A stretch of 61,490 bases of DNA, filler included. It is 7 parts of 7 records of this genome, joined end to end, with 100 filler letters (N's around TTAATTAATTAA, not from the genome) between each part and the next. Parts side by side here need not be neighbours in the genome. Positions count along the whole stretch, not along the records: positions 44,162 to 55,804 come from SRR31156797_15920; positions 55,905 to 61,490 come from SRR31156797_15922; 5 more parts are not named here. One strand, given 5' to 3'. Below the pieces are notes generated by a model that worked only from the letters and a program-made list of their open reading frames with translations, was not told the origin of the DNA and ran no database searches. Of this stretch, positions 49,152 to 59,340 are shown piece after piece. How positions within the stretch are numbered: the stretch's first letter is position 1; each line of letters starts with the position of its first letter. Both the position numbers and the translations under genes were made by a program.

Positions 49152-50804
49152 TTAAAAAAACACCCTTTTAATATCGCCATATATTTTTAGTTTTGGGTGT
49201 TCTGCAAATGCCCTTATTTGGTATTCTTTTCCTGTTTTTCGGAGGCTGCTTTTTATTATATATTCTCGGGGGGCGGTAATTTCAACTGATCTTGTATCGC
49301 TCCAGTCACCCGAGTTTAATTCGTCTATAAATCCTTGGTATTCGCGGATTTGAAAACCTACATTTAGTTTCTCTGTATCGCCCATTTCCAAAATTTCACC
49401 GATAAATTCGAGTTGGCTGGTGTTGCTCATTTCGGTAACATTTGAATTTTTTGTAACAACTGTTGGCGGAACAAGTGCAGGTTCAACATTTTTCAACTTA
49501 ATAACTACCGGATTGTTCCATTTGTGATTATTATAAATACGCTGTGCCCTAACACACGAGATATACAATCCGCCTTCTTTTTCCTCGAAATAAGTTTGAG
49601 CATCGGTTTTCGGCTGGTACTCCACTAACTCTCCCGATTGCCCTAATATTTCCACTTCAGTTTCATGGGTTATTTTCACCGATTTTAAAACAAATTCTTT
49701 TCGGTCTCCTCTTTCCCAATCAGGTATTTTGGTAAGAAAAGCAAACAAAGTTTTTTCACTTGGTTTCCAGGTAAACCAAATGTTTTTTTCATTGGGCAAA
49801 ATCCATGGATTTACATTTTCAACCGATTCGCCATTTATAAAATTCCATGCTGCCATTTCGCGTAGATTTTCTTCTTGTTTTTCGGGAAGTTCGCCATTTG
49901 GTTTTGGCCCCACATTTAAAAGCAGGTTCCCTCCTTTAGCACGGGTTTCAATAAGAATTTCTATTAATCTGGCTCCCGATTTATAATCTTCATTTGTAGG
50001 TTTGTATGCCCATTGTGTTCCCATTGTTATGCACGACTCCCAGGGTTTGCTAGAGGAAATTCCCAATAATGTTTGTTCCGGAGTTTGTATTGCCCCTCGG
50101 GTTACAACTATATTGGGTTGAAGTTCCCAAACAACCTGTTTGCATTTTTCCTGAAGCGGTCCCTCGCCTCCATCAAAAAAGATAAGATCGATTTCGCCAA
50201 ATTTCGCCATTAATTCCATGCACTGGAGTTCTACTAATTCCAGGTAATTTTTCATTACGTTATTTGGAATTGGTTTTGTAAAACTTCTCTTAACCTCCAG
50301 GTTATTTTCGTATAAAAAATTAAAATCTTCGGGCGAATAATATAATCCGACAGCCAGCCCGGCTTCTCGGGTTGCCTCAACATATTTCGAAATAATATCT
50401 TCTTTGTAAGGTGTGTTTGTAATGTTAAAATCAGTAGTTTGGGTATCCCACATACAAAAACCAGAATGGTGTTTTGCCGTAAAAACAATATATTTCATTC
50501 CGGCGAGTTTAGCTAAATTTGCAATTTCTTCAGGATTATAATCTTTGGGATTAAAAGTTTTTGGCAATTCGTTTACATATCTTTCCAAGTAATCGTGGGA
50601 AGCACCGGCCATTGAATGACTAATTACAATTCCTAACTGACTATCGATACTAAAATGTACAAACATTCCAAATCCAAGTTCACGAAACCAATCTAATCTT
50701 TCCAGTTTATTTAAATCAGAAATTTCATAATTTGTTCCAAATATTTGTGAAAATCCGGTTTGAAAAATGATAAAAAATAATAAAACGGAAAAAATCTTTT
50801 TCAT
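49152..50804 (-). CDS. Alpha-L-fucosidase (GH29), divergent, with C-terminal beta-domain extension
   Basis: 'GFGMFVHF', 'AGMKYIVFTAKHHSGF', 'FFDG', 'GGNLLLNVGP'. Confidence 0.9.
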   Translation of the reverse strand: MKKIFSVLLFFIIFQTGFSQIFGTNYEISDLNKLERLDWFRELGFGMFVHFSIDSQLGIVISHSMAGASHDYLERYVNELPKTFNPKDYNPEEIANLAKLAGMKYIVFTAKHHSGFCMWDTQTTDFNITNTPYKEDIISKYVEATREAGLAVGLYYSPEDFNFLYENNLEVKRSFTKPIPNNVMKNYLELVELQCMELMAKFGEIDLIFFDGGEGPLQEKCKQVVWELQPNIVVTRGAIQTPEQTLLGISSSKPWESCITMGTQWAYKPTNEDYKSGARLIEILIETRAKGGNLLLNVGPKPNGELPEKQEENLREMAAWNFINGESVENVNPWILPNEKNIWFTWKPSEKTLFAFLTKIPDWERGDRKEFVLKSVKITHETEVEILGQSGELVEYQPKTDAQTYFEEKEGGLYISCVRAQRIYNNHKWNNPVVIKLKNVEPALVPPTVVTKNSNVTEMSNTSQLEFIGEILEMGDTEKLNVGFQIREYQGFIDELNSGDWSDTRSVEITAPREYIIKSSLRKTGKEYQIRAFAEHPKLKIYGDIKRVFF

Positions 50805-50989
50805 TCTTTTTTGGTTTAGTCTTTAATGATTTCGGCACTAAAGTTAATTATTACTATTAGAAAAGTAGTAATATAAAAGTAGAAGGAGAAATAAAAACAG
50901 TTGCCTTTTGAGATGTTAGAATAAAAGGTTTGTAGTTATTGTTAGTGAATAAAAAGGTTTAGTTTAAGTTTGTTTTGTTTAGAAAGTCA

Positions 50990-51008
50990 TTTGTTTTTGT
51001 TAAACAAA
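50990..51008. promoter_or_regulatory. Candidate 19-bp palindromic operator upstream of folE
   Basis: TTTGTTT-TTGTT-AAACAAA (7-5-7) nested in a 10-bp inverted repeat GTTTTGTTTA/TAAACAAAAC; AT-rich background lowers confidence. Confidence 0.3.
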
Positions 51009-51082
51009 ACACCTGATTGTCTGTTTATTTTTTAGCGTTATTAAGTTAAGTTTTGATAAAGCGTAAAAAAAAACAGAGAATT

Positions 51083-51805
51083 ATGAAAGAAGAAATTGCA
51101 GTAAAAAGTTTGAACGGTAAAAAAAAGATAAATGGAAACAGGCATTCACATAAAAAAGTTAATGGATATAAATTGATTGGAGATAACCATGTTGCTACTT
51201 CAATTGAAACCCCAATGCGAGTGGATGCATTTAAAATGTTGGACGAACAAAAAATTGAAATTATTGAAGAAAAGTTTCGGGAAATAATGGAAACATTGGG
51301 GCTCGATTTAACCGATGATAGTTTAAATGGATCGCCACACCGGGTTGCTAAAATGTTTGTTCAGGAAATTTTTTATGGATTGAATCCGGAAAATAAACCG
51401 AAAATTTCTGTTTTTGAGAATAAATTCAATTATGGCGGAATGTTGGTTGAAAAGAACATCAACATGAACTCGTTTTGTGAGCATCACTTTTTACCGATTG
51501 TTGGAAAAGCGCATGTGGCCTATTTTTCGAGTGGCCAGGTAATCGGGCTTTCTAAAATAAACCGGATAGTAGATTATTTTGCGCGCCGCCCCCAGGTTCA
51601 GGAACGTTTAACGGTTCAAATTATAAGCGAACTTAAAAAAGTATTAAAAACCGATGATGTTGCTGTTGTAATCGATGCCAAACACATGTGCGTTTCTTGT
51701 CGTGGAATCCAGGATGAAAGCAGCAGTACAGTAACGACTGAATATTCCGGAAAATTTAAAGATAGTTCGGTACGGAATGAATTTTTGAAATATCTTGAAC
51801 TTTAG
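51083..51805 (+). CDS. folE: GTP cyclohydrolase I
   Basis: 'SP.RVAKM', 'CEHHFLP', 'GLSKINR', 'RPQVQERLT', 'HMCVSCRG'; start set at ATG (MKEEIA). Confidence 0.96.
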   Translation: MKEEIAVKSLNGKKKINGNRHSHKKVNGYKLIGDNHVATSIETPMRVDAFKMLDEQKIEIIEEKFREIMETLGLDLTDDSLNGSPHRVAKMFVQEIFYGLNPENKPKISVFENKFNYGGMLVEKNINMNSFCEHHFLPIVGKAHVAYFSSGQVIGLSKINRIVDYFARRPQVQERLTVQIISELKKVLKTDDVAVVIDAKHMCVSCRGIQDESSSTVTTEYSGKFKDSSVRNEFLKYLEL

Positions 51806-51891
51806 TATGCTTTTTACAAAGTGTTAATCTGTATTCGTAGTTTTCATTTATCATATGTTCGTAATCATTTCATTTCTGTATTGAAAATACC

Positions 51892-51918
51892 TACAACTTT
51901 AGATGATATTTATTCGTC
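51892..51918 (+). promoter_or_regulatory. Candidate ECF sigma promoter upstream of the DUF2202 gene
   Basis: TACAAC-N17-CGTC matches the AAC-N16/17-CGT ECF pattern. Confidence 0.4.
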
Positions 51919-52059
51919 ATAATGTGCTGTAATTTAAACTTTTGTGCGATTGATTGATTGGCTGGATTAAGCTAATTTTATAATTTATTAAAGGATGGAA
52001 AAAGAATGTGAAATTGTTCATCCTTACTTTTGTCTTTTATCAATTTAAAGTAAAAAGCC

Positions 52060-52746
52060 ATGAAATCGAGAATTAGTTTATTCAATCTATTTTTAACTGC
52101 ATTAATTTTTGTTTTTACCGGATGTACCGATACTATAAATCGTATTGATGAGACTTTAAAGTCAGGTTCGTTAAAAACTCAAAAGCGAGAACAAAAGCAG
52201 GAACAACAAGAAGAAAATAATCAGGGAATTACACCGGTGGTATTAACATCTGATGAAATTGACGGTATTTTATTTATGCGTGAAGAAGAAAAAGTAGCTC
52301 ATGATTTGTACGTTGGATTTTTTGATTTATGGGAACATCAGGTATTTTTTAATATATACACAAGCGAACAGGAACACGAGGATGCGATTCTGAGATTAAT
52401 GGATCATTTTAATTTGGATGATCCGGCTTATGAAGAGTCTGGATTGTTTGTTAATACCGAACTTCAATTGTTGTATGACAGCCTTTACAATGTTGGAGAC
52501 GATAGTTTAGTAGCTGCTTTACATGCTGGTGCATTTGTTGAAGAGGCAGATATTATTGACATCGATTCGTTAATTGGGTTGACTTCAGTGAAAAGTATTC
52601 AAACCGTATACGGGAACCTTTTGGAAGGCTCAAAAAATCATTTACGTGCATTTGTTTATGTTTTAGATAACCAGGGTTATACTTATTTCCCGGTAATTCT
52701 GGACCAAATCTATTTTGATGAAATTATAGCAGAAGATCCACATTGA
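52060..52746 (+). CDS. DUF2202 ferritin-like lipoprotein
   Basis: Lipobox 'FTGC', Q/E-rich linker, 'MREEEKVAHDLY', 'SEQEH', 'EEADI', 'GSKNHLRAF'. Confidence 0.82.
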   Translation: MKSRISLFNLFLTALIFVFTGCTDTINRIDETLKSGSLKTQKREQKQEQQEENNQGITPVVLTSDEIDGILFMREEEKVAHDLYVGFFDLWEHQVFFNIYTSEQEHEDAILRLMDHFNLDDPAYEESGLFVNTELQLLYDSLYNVGDDSLVAALHAGAFVEEADIIDIDSLIGLTSVKSIQTVYGNLLEGSKNHLRAFVYVLDNQGYTYFPVILDQIYFDEIIAEDPH

Positions 52747-52833
52747 ATTCAGACAAGCAATATTAAATATTTTAATTTCTCCGTATTCCAACTATCGTCT
52801 GTTAATCGTCTTATTTCTGATGCAATAAGGCGA

Positions 52834-54078
52834 TTAATTTTTTTGACTGATATCAAAGGCCATAAGTGTATTCCCGTGTCGCTGATATAATATGCCATTT
52901 TTAATTACCGGGTGTGCGAAATGTTCTTTTGTCCCTTTTGTAATTCTGTACATACTTTCCTGTTCCATTTTTCCCCGATTGTAACTTAACAGAGAAAGTA
53001 TTCCACGTTGATCGTAGTAATATATCATCTCATCGGCAGCAATAATGGTTCCCGAACCAATCTTTAACGAATCGGTTAAAATTCCGGTGTTTGCATTAAT
53101 ACTTTTGATCTCTTTTTTCGATGTTCCTGTTCCATATAAATAGTCTCCTATTTTTATTATTCCTCCCATATAACTATCGAACCCAGCATTTCTCCAAACT
53201 TCTGAAATTTCGGAACCATCTTCAGAAAGTTTTAATTTTACACCGCCATTGCCATCGCCTGCAGCGTAATAAATAAAACCGTTTTCATAAATAATACTGT
53301 TGCTGTGTGTATCACCAATTCCGGGGCCTCGTTTTTCAAACGGCGTATTGTCTTGTAAATGTGACCAAAGCAATTCACCAGTTTCGGCATCAATTCCCAT
53401 TAAATGATAAGCAGAAAAGGTGACAAATATTTTGCGGCTGGGCAATTCGATTAAAGTTCCGGGATTATACCCCGAACGCTCGCTAACACCTTTGCACGAC
53501 CAGATTAAATCTCCGGTATATCTATTTAAACCAACAATATTATGTTCTTTTCCTCCCGGAGTCCAGAATACTAAATCTCCATCGACAAGGGCAGCCTCTG
53601 AATGGCCAAATCGCGGAATGATTCCCTGAAAATCGTTTGTAAAATCTTTCGACCAAACAATCTTACCGTTTTCTTTTTTTATGCAAAAAAGATTTCCCAT
53701 GCCCGAGCCTACATATATTAGATCATCAACAATTGTAGGTTGCGAACGTGAGCCGGGGTAGTTAATTGCCCATTCTTTCCCGAAATTTTGTTGCCACTGT
53801 AGTTTTCCGTCTATATCGAAACAAAAAAGAATTGCAGTGCTGTCTATTTCGCCGGTAACAAAAATTTCGTTATCTGTAATAGCTGGTGTACCATAACCAT
53901 TTCCTATATTTTCGACAAACCAAATTTCATTCGGACCGTTTTCAGGCCACGATTTTAAAAGGTTCTCTTCATTAAAAATACCGGTACGGTTTTCTCCCCG
54001 CCACTGGATAATTTCTGATTTTTCAACTGTACAACTACAAACAACAATGGCGATGATTAGGAAAAGTAAAGTTTTCAT
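52834..54078 (-). CDS. PQQ-like beta-propeller repeat lipoprotein
   Basis: Lipobox 'CSC'; 'QWRGENRTG...W...GP..IW', repeated 'G...W' blades, 'HPVI.NG.LY.R'. Confidence 0.85.
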   Translation of the reverse strand: MKTLLFLIIAIVVCSCTVEKSEIIQWRGENRTGIFNEENLLKSWPENGPNEIWFVENIGNGYGTPAITDNEIFVTGEIDSTAILFCFDIDGKLQWQQNFGKEWAINYPGSRSQPTIVDDLIYVGSGMGNLFCIKKENGKIVWSKDFTNDFQGIIPRFGHSEAALVDGDLVFWTPGGKEHNIVGLNRYTGDLIWSCKGVSERSGYNPGTLIELPSRKIFVTFSAYHLMGIDAETGELLWSHLQDNTPFEKRGPGIGDTHSNSIIYENGFIYYAAGDGNGGVKLKLSEDGSEISEVWRNAGFDSYMGGIIKIGDYLYGTGTSKKEIKSINANTGILTDSLKIGSGTIIAADEMIYYYDQRGILSLLSYNRGKMEQESMYRITKGTKEHFAHPVIKNGILYQRHGNTLMAFDISQKN

Positions 54079-54164
54079 AAAAATTAATTTGGTTTTATTA
54101 AAAGTCTTGTGGTTTTAGGTTTTATTACTAAGGATCGAAGAAAATATGCGAACGGTATAATTTA

Positions 54165-55139
54165 TTATGCAAAATAGGTATATACATCTTCAAAATCTTT
54201 TACTTCCATTAAATCGGCGCGAAGTTTTGCAGCACCCGCAAAACTGTTTAAGTAGATTTTGTAAAAACGTTTTAGAACATTAAAATTTTTTTGTCCGCTC
54301 CATGTTTTTTCGAAAAGCCGGGTATGTTCCAATAATTTTTGGATACGATCTTCTTTTGAAATCTCTGTTTTTTCAGGATTAAAAAACCATGGATTTTGAA
54401 ATATACCACGACCAATCATAACACCATTAACACCCGAGTCTTCTATTCTTTTTATACCTTTTTCAAATGAGAAAACATCGCCGTTTCCATGAATTGGAAT
54501 ATGTGGTTTTATCTTGTTTTTTAAATTAACCGCTCTTTTTATTTCTTCCCAACTGGCATCTCCTTCCGATTGCATGCGTTGTGTGCGCCCATGTAAAATA
54601 ATGGCTGCCGGATCGACTTCCAGCAATTCAGCTATCCAATCTTCAGTTTGATGTTCTTTAATGCCTGTCCGGGTTTTAACACTAACCGGAAGATGAGTAG
54701 CTTCTTTGGTAGCAAGAATAATTTCTTTTGCCAGGCCGGGTTCTCCAATTAATGCGCTGCAGGCACCAGTTTTGAATACCTTTTTAACCGGACAACCCAT
54801 GTTAATATCAATGCCGTCAAAATCATAATTTTCGGAAATGTATTTGGCAATATTGTGATAAATTTCCGGATTTCGTCCCCATATTTGAACTACCAGTTTT
54901 ACATTCATCCTTTTTAAAAGTTCCCGTTCCGAATTATTTACAATTAAACGTTCAGAAACTCTTTTTCTTCCAACCGGATGATTCATTCCTTCTACCGACG
55001 TAAATTCTGTAAATACGATATTTAAATTTCCGGGCGTTGCCATTCCCAAAACGATTTCGCGAAAAACGGTATCGGTAACGTCTTCCATGGGAGCGAGAGA
55101 AAAAACGGGTTGTTTAAAATTTTGCCAGAAATTATTCAT
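54165..55139 (-). CDS. dus: tRNA-dihydrouridine synthase family protein
   Basis: 'LAPMEDVTD', 'DINMGCP', 'SVKTR.G', 'HGRT', 'GNGD', 'MIGRG'. Confidence 0.94.
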   Translation of the reverse strand: MNNFWQNFKQPVFSLAPMEDVTDTVFREIVLGMATPGNLNIVFTEFTSVEGMNHPVGRKRVSERLIVNNSERELLKRMNVKLVVQIWGRNPEIYHNIAKYISENYDFDGIDINMGCPVKKVFKTGACSALIGEPGLAKEIILATKEATHLPVSVKTRTGIKEHQTEDWIAELLEVDPAAIILHGRTQRMQSEGDASWEEIKRAVNLKNKIKPHIPIHGNGDVFSFEKGIKRIEDSGVNGVMIGRGIFQNPWFFNPEKTEISKEDRIQKLLEHTRLFEKTWSGQKNFNVLKRFYKIYLNSFAGAAKLRADLMEVKDFEDVYTYFA

Positions 55140-55803
55140 TATTCGAGCTTTCCAATTGCTGTTCTGTTTTTACCAGTGCCAGACTTTTTCTGTACTTCCT
55201 GCTGTTGCCAAAAATAATACGTTTTTCAGTATTTGATGAATTTTTACCCGATTTTTCTGCTGAACATTCAGGCGTGCAACAACCGTCGTGTTTTTCATTG
55301 CATTCTTCGCATTGAATAAAAAGAAGGTGGCAACTGTTATTTGCACAATTTGTATGTGTGTCACAAGGTTTTCCGCACTGGTGGCAATTCGAAATAATCT
55401 GGCCGTTTACACTTTCACCCATTCGTTCATCAAAAACAAAGTTTTTCCCTGTAAATTTGGGTTCAAGATTAGCCGATTTTATTTGGCGTGAATATTCCAA
55501 AACTCCGCCATGTAATTGATTAACATCGTCGAATCCCTGGTGTTTTAAATATGCGCTTGCTTTTTCGCAACGAATTCCACCAGTACAATACAACAGAATT
55601 TTTTGTTCTTTTTTATCTTCCAGTAAATCGGTAACAATTTCCAGCTCTTCACGAAAAGTATCAGCTTCCGGACAAATGGCATTCTCAAAACGGCCAATTT
55701 CACTTTCGTAATAATTTCGCATATCAACCACAACTGTGTTTTCCTGTCCGATGAGGTTGTGAAACTCCAGTCCGGTTAAATGTTTCCCCACATTTGTAAC
55801 GTC
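55132..55803 (-). CDS. trhO: Rhodanese-related tRNA uridine(34) hydroxylase, UPF0176 (5'-partial)
   Basis: '[11 protein letters not shown]', '[12 protein letters not shown]', 'QL.GGVLEY', 'FVFDER', C-terminal Cys cluster; frame open to the contig edge. Confidence 0.9.
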   Translation of the reverse strand, partial: DVTNVGKHLTGLEFHNLIGQENTVVVDMRNYYESEIGRFENAICPEADTFREELEIVTDLLEDKKEQKILLYCTGGIRCEKASAYLKHQGFDDVNQLHGGVLEYSRQIKSANLEPKFTGKNFVFDERMGESVNGQIISNCHQCGKPCDTHTNCANNSCHLLFIQCEECNEKHDGCCTPECSAEKSGKNSSNTEKRIIFGNSRKYRKSLALVKTEQQLESSNNE

Positions 55804-55804
55804 A

Positions 55805-55904
55805 NNNNNNNNNNNNNNNNNNNNNNNNNNNNNNNNNNNNNNNNNNNNTTAATTAATTAANNNNNNNNNNNNNNNNNNNNNNNNNNNNNNNNNNNNNNNN
55901 NNNN
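55805..55904. other. Artificial contig spacer
   Basis: N44-TTAATTAATTAA-N44. Confidence 0.99.
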
Positions 55905-57010
55905 ATTTTTAGAACTTCTGAATATCCTTCGATATTTGATAACAATGCTGCAATACCTAATACATAGAAGAAGATACTACAAATAACTGCTGCTTTAATT
56001 CTTGAATAATTAAATCTATTTTCAAAGTACTCAACCATTGGCTCAAGCATTGAAATAGCAGAAGTAATACCAGCAAATGCAATTGCAACAAAGAACAGTA
56101 ATGCTAAGAATGAACCAATTGAACCAAACTCATAGAATACAGATGGTAATGAAATAAATACTAATCCAGCACCTTTTGTTGACTCTGCACCTTTATCAAA
56201 TAACAGAGTAAAGATAATAAGACCTGCAACAATTGCAACCATAGTATCAATAATTGAGATTAAAATAGATGATTTAACAACGTTACTATCTTTTGGTAAT
56301 GAAGCTGCATAAGTAAGAATAATACCCATACCTAAAGATAGAGTATAAAATGCTTGTCCGATTGCAACAACAACTGCTTCAGATGATAACTTAGAAAAAT
56401 CAGGGTTAAACATAAAAGTAAATGCTTTTGAGAAGCTATCTACATTGATTGAATACACAAGTAAAATTGCTAAAATAATCCCTAATAATGGCATTAAAAT
56501 CTTATTGATTTTCTCAATACCATCTTTAATACCTCTTAAAATAATAGCAGTTACTAATACAAATACAACAGTATGATACATAAGTTGAGTTTGAATATCT
56601 GTTGTTAATAAAGACATGAAAATTTCTGTAGACTGCTCAACTGTTGAAGGTAAGCCTTGTACAGAAATTGCGATATAGTGGAAAATCCAACCAATTACAA
56701 CTGAATAATAAGCAAGAATAATTAATGGTACAATAATAATAAAACCAGCATATTTCCACAACTTCTTATGCTTTGTTGCTAAAGTTTCAAACATAGTTAC
56801 AGCATCACTTCTTCCAAGCTTACCAATAACTAACTCAGAAATAAGAACAAATACACCAATAAAAAGTGCTGTAATTAAATATACAAGTACAAATGCACCA
56901 CCACCGTACTCACCTGTTACGTATGGGAATTTCCAAATATTCCCTAAACCAACTGCTGAACCAACTGCAGCTAAAATAAATCCTAGTTTACTAAATCTTG
57001 AACTAATCAA
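55905..57010 (-). CDS. Sodium-dependent transporter, NSS/SNF family (3'-partial)
   Basis: 'GSAVGLGNIWKFPY..G.YGGGAF', 'GQAFYTLSLG', 'GLVFISLP', 'AGITSAIS.LE'; start set at TTG 57010 after AAGGAG. Confidence 0.93.
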
Positions 57011-57102
57011 TAGCCTCTCCTTAATCAAAGCAAAGATTCTATCAAAACTTAAGTTAAATAAACTTGTGACTTTTATGTAATTTTTTGAAACTTTTTGGAA
57101 TT

Positions 57103-59331
57103 TTACAATAAATTGTAAATTTGACCAATAGAAATTCCCCCGTCATTTAAAGGCACTTCTTTAGAATAAAAGTATTTTATCTTCTCATTTTTTAGTTTTT
57201 TACAAACTAACTCTAGTAATGTTTTATTTTGAAAAACCCCACCACTAAGAACTACTGGTAGTTCTTTATGTTTTTTACTTATAAATAAAATGATTTCAAC
57301 AAGAGTATTTATAAACTTAGAACAAATAGTTTTTATATCTTTTTCTTCTAATATCTGTTTTATCATAAGTGATAAATCTATCTCTTTTTCAATAACTTCA
57401 AAATCAAAACTATCAATTATAGTTTCATCATAGTTTTGTTCAATTGTAAGTCCAGTTTCACCTTCGAAACTCTGAATATGAATAAGGTTAGCTAAAGATG
57501 CAACTGCATCAAAGAGTCTTCCCATAGAACTTGTAAGAGGAGTATTTAAACCTTTTGTCCAAACCATATGAAGCATTTTAATTTCTTGTTCACTAAACTG
57601 TTTTATAACACTAGTTTCTAAAGATAAAATCTCTTCTAGACTAAACTGTTCAAATAGTAAAGATAAAGCAACTCTTTTAGGCTCTTTTACTGCTTTTTCA
57701 CCACCTAAAAGTTTAAAATATTTTAGATGATAAGCCCTTTCATAGCTTTTGTTATTACAAATAAAAACTTCTCCACCCCAAATATTTCCATCGTCTCCAT
57801 AGCCAGTTCCATCAAAAGAGAAACCAAGAACTTTTTCTTTTAACTTATACTCTGCCATTGTAGATAAGATATGAGCATAGTGATGTTGTACAAAAATAAG
57901 CTCTTTGTTTAAACTCTTAGCAAACTTTGTACTCTCATAATTTGGATGTTTATCACAAACTATTACATCAGGTTCAAAGTCATAAAAGTTTTTAAAAGTC
58001 TCGATAGTTCTTGTAAAATACTGCATTGACTCAATTGAGTTTAAATCTCCAATATGAGGGGATAAAATAAGATTATCTTCAAAGGCTAAAGCTATGGTTG
58101 ATTTTTGATTTGCTCCAAGGGCTAATATTTTTTTAGAAACTTTTTTCTCTAACTTCAAAGAAGTAGGAGCATAGCCCCTTGCATTTCTAAGTTTAGAAAT
58201 CTCATCATTTACAACTTGAATAACAGAATCATCACAGGCATTTACAATATCTCTATTAAAATCCAGTACAAAATCTACAACATTTCCAAGCTTTTCTAAA
58301 ACTTCATCTTTAAATCTTATGATTGGTTCATCTTTTAAATTTGCACTTGTTGCAACTATTGGCTTATGTAAAAACCTAAAAAGTAAATGATGCAAAGGAG
58401 TATATGCAATAAAACACCCTAGCCTATTTATATTTGGTGCAACACTATTTGATAAACTACTTTTAGTTTGTTTTTTAACTAAAACTATTGGTTTCTCTTT
58501 TGAGGTTAAAAGCTCTTCCTCTTTTTTTGTTAAAGAGGTATATTCTTTTATTTGCTCTATACTTTTAAACATCACTGCAAAAGGTTTAGAAGGTCTATTT
58601 TTTCTTTGCCTTAAAGAGTTTACAGCTTCCTCATTTGTTCCATCACAAACTAAATGAAAACCTCCTAGACCTTTTATAGCTACTATTTTTCCATTGTTTA
58701 TTAAACTTGCTACTTCTTTTATAGCTTCTAAAGAAGAAGAGATTTCTTTATTGTCTTTATCATAGAGCTTAACCTGTGGTCCACATTTTTCACATGCAAC
58801 AGGTTGGGCATGGTATCTTCTATTTGTTGGGTCTTCATACTCTTTTTTACAAGCTTCACAAAGTATAAACTCTGCCATTGAAGTATTACATCTGTCATAA
58901 GGAACTGTTTTAATTATAGAGTATCTTGGTCCGCAGTTAGTACAGTTTGTCAAAGCATAGTCTGCTCTAAAATTTGATTTATCATTTATATCATCAATAC
59001 AGTCTTGGCAAACTGCAATATCTGGACTTATAATTGTTGATTTGTTATTACTTGTTTCACTTTTTTTGATTTCAAATTTTGTATAAATGTTTTTTGAGTT
59101 TAACTCTTCTATTTCAATAGAGTCTATTTTTGAAAGAGGTGGTGGGTTTTCTTTTAACTCAGTTAGAAAGTTTTCAATATTATCTTTTGATGAGTAAAGA
59201 AGTATATTTACTCCTTTTTCATCATTATTTACCCAACCGTTGATAGAGTATTTTGAGGCTAAATTAAAAACAAAAGGTCTAAATCCAACTCCTTGAACAA
59301 TACCTTTTACTCTTATCTTATATGTTTGCAT
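57103..59331 (-). CDS. hypF: Carbamoyltransferase HypF
   Basis: 'GIVQGVGFRPFV', Zn fingers 'C..C..CTNCGPR' and 'C..C..CEKCGP', 'KGLGGFHL', 'D.HP.Y', 'QHH.AH', 'DGTGYG', 'SSMGRLFD', 'LSGGVFQN', 'NDGGIS.GQ'. Confidence 0.97.
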   Translation of the reverse strand: MQTYKIRVKGIVQGVGFRPFVFNLASKYSINGWVNNDEKGVNILLYSSKDNIENFLTELKENPPPLSKIDSIEIEELNSKNIYTKFEIKKSETSNNKSTIISPDIAVCQDCIDDINDKSNFRADYALTNCTNCGPRYSIIKTVPYDRCNTSMAEFILCEACKKEYEDPTNRRYHAQPVACEKCGPQVKLYDKDNKEISSSLEAIKEVASLINNGKIVAIKGLGGFHLVCDGTNEEAVNSLRQRKNRPSKPFAVMFKSIEQIKEYTSLTKKEEELLTSKEKPIVLVKKQTKSSLSNSVAPNINRLGCFIAYTPLHHLLFRFLHKPIVATSANLKDEPIIRFKDEVLEKLGNVVDFVLDFNRDIVNACDDSVIQVVNDEISKLRNARGYAPTSLKLEKKVSKKILALGANQKSTIALAFEDNLILSPHIGDLNSIESMQYFTRTIETFKNFYDFEPDVIVCDKHPNYESTKFAKSLNKELIFVQHHYAHILSTMAEYKLKEKVLGFSFDGTGYGDDGNIWGGEVFICNNKSYERAYHLKYFKLLGGEKAVKEPKRVALSLLFEQFSLEEILSLETSVIKQFSEQEIKMLHMVWTKGLNTPLTSSMGRLFDAVASLANLIHIQSFEGETGLTIEQNYDETIIDSFDFEVIEKEIDLSLMIKQILEEKDIKTICSKFINTLVEIILFISKKHKELPVVLSGGVFQNKTLLELVCKKLKNEKIKYFYSKEVPLNDGGISIGQIYNLL

Positions 59332-59340
59332 CTAACCTCT

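Noticed and set aside
11895..50804. Apparent fucose pathway (FucA-like aldolase plus GH29 fucosidases), and Hpt plus distant kinase
   Set aside because: The genes lie on different contigs from different organisms
11721..55904. TTAATTAATTAA repeated six times between N runs, resembling a repeat family
   Set aside because: Identical 100-bp artificial linkers with stops in six frames; composition and taxonomy change across each
25690..57028. ORF-track proteins ending in X runs (site-2 protease, six-PAS kinase, NSS transporter) read as pseudogenes
   Set aside because: They are truncated by contig ends, not by mutation
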